Notes under the pieces: generated by a model | The model's database searches: none | Told to the model about the DNA's origin: nothing | Seen by the model: only the letters and a program-made list of their open reading frames with translations | NCBI GenBank assembly: GCA_015067725.1 | Contig: SVLX01000008.1 | Span: 954 to 64,953 of the forward strand | Length of the DNA stretch: 64,000 nucleotides | Direction: 5' to 3' | Origin: Oscillospiraceae bacterium | GTDB lineage: Bacteria; Bacillota; Clostridia; Oscillospirales; Oscillospiraceae | Shown here: positions 63,514 through 64,000 of the stretch, in pieces | Layout of the letters: every line of letters starts with the position of its first letter | Position numbering within the stretch: position 1 is the stretch's first letter | Made by a program: the position numbers and the translations under genes

Positions 63514-64000
63514 TTACTTTCCGGGCTTATAGCTGTCCTTCAAACTGACTGCCCGGTTGAAGACCAGATGCTCAGGGCTGGAGTCCTTGCTGTCGGCGCA
63601 GAAATAGCCCATGCGCATGAACTGGAACCGGTCAGCGCCCTTTGCCGTAGCCAGAGCCGCCTCCACCTTACAGCCGGTCTTCACTTCCAGAGAATTGGGG
63701 TTCAGGCAGGCCAGGAAGTCCTTACCGGCGGCATCGGGGTCGGGATCGTCAAAGAGGTTGCTATAGAGCCGCACCTCTGCATCATAGCAGTTGCCGGCAT
63801 CCACCCAATGAATGGTGCTCTTGACCTTCCGTCCGTCGGCAGGGTCGCCGCCCCGGGATTCGGGGTCATAGGTGCAGAGGATTTCCACAATATTACCCTG
63901 TTCATCCTTGACACAGCCGGTACACTTGACCACATATGCACCCTTCAGCCGGACTTCGTTGCCGGGGAAGAGCCGGAAGAACTTGCCCACCTTCTCTTCC
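63514..64000 (-). CDS. glnS: Glutamine--tRNA ligase, C-terminal part (gene continues beyond the window)
   Basis: Frame is open to base 64000; ...STIHWV...RFQFMRMGYFCAD... anticodon-binding-domain motifs. Confidence 0.8.
   Translation of the reverse strand, partial: EEKVGKFFRLFPGNEVRLKGAYVVKCTGCVKDEQGNIVEILCTYDPESRGGDPADGRKVKSTIHWVDAGNCYDAEVRLYSNLFDDPDPDAAGKDFLACLNPNSLEVKTGCKVEAALATAKGADRFQFMRMGYFCADSKDSSPEHLVFNRAVSLKDSYKPGK

Overview
High-GC Bacillota (Clostridia-like) chromosomal segment. I recognise no rRNA, tRNA, CRISPR array, transposase or integrase. From about 16.4 kb to 60.2 kb almost every gene is on the minus strand, and three housekeeping blocks keep the Bacillus subtilis gene order: tilS-hpt-ftsH; gdpP-rplI-dnaB; and yicC-remA-gmk-rpoZ-priA-def-fmt-rsmB-rlmN-stp-pknB-rsgA. 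Also present are a nucleoside-salvage cluster (tdk, deoC, deoD, deoB), cdaA-cdaR, ogt, a DUF3343/class-V aminotransferase pair and the 3' end of glnS. The interesting material is what interrupts this backbone. (1) A 2.3-kb island sits exactly between fmt and rsmB. It carries an AT-rich two-gene operon (a 1-TM protein plus a DUF4062/TIR-like protein) and a Doc/Fic-like gene whose catalytic His is replaced by Gln. Each of these two modules is preceded by a copy of the same ~80-90-nt structured element, and one copy is extended by an array of five short hairpins joined by GTGAAAT linkers with 21-nt phasing. This is my best candidate for an undescribed conflict or defence module. (2) Five tandem paralogous membrane-protein genes, containing eight copies of one 2TM-plus-beta-rich module, lie between deoD and deoB; the first overlaps the end of deoD. 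(3) An AT-rich type II R-M pair is inserted between rplI and dnaB. (4) An AT-rich DUF559 endonuclease-like gene with GC-rich palindromes is inserted between deoC and deoD. (5) A 4841-aa SLH-anchored surface protein lies divergent from a sensor kinase that is paired tail to tail with a LytTR regulator, with LytTR-box-like direct repeats between the two divergent promoters. (6) A 1102-aa YARHG-domain membrane protein has a long disordered N-terminal half. Long stop-free antisense ORFs (up to 2620 aa) are composition artefacts. All family assignments come from motifs read by eye and from memory; no searches were run.
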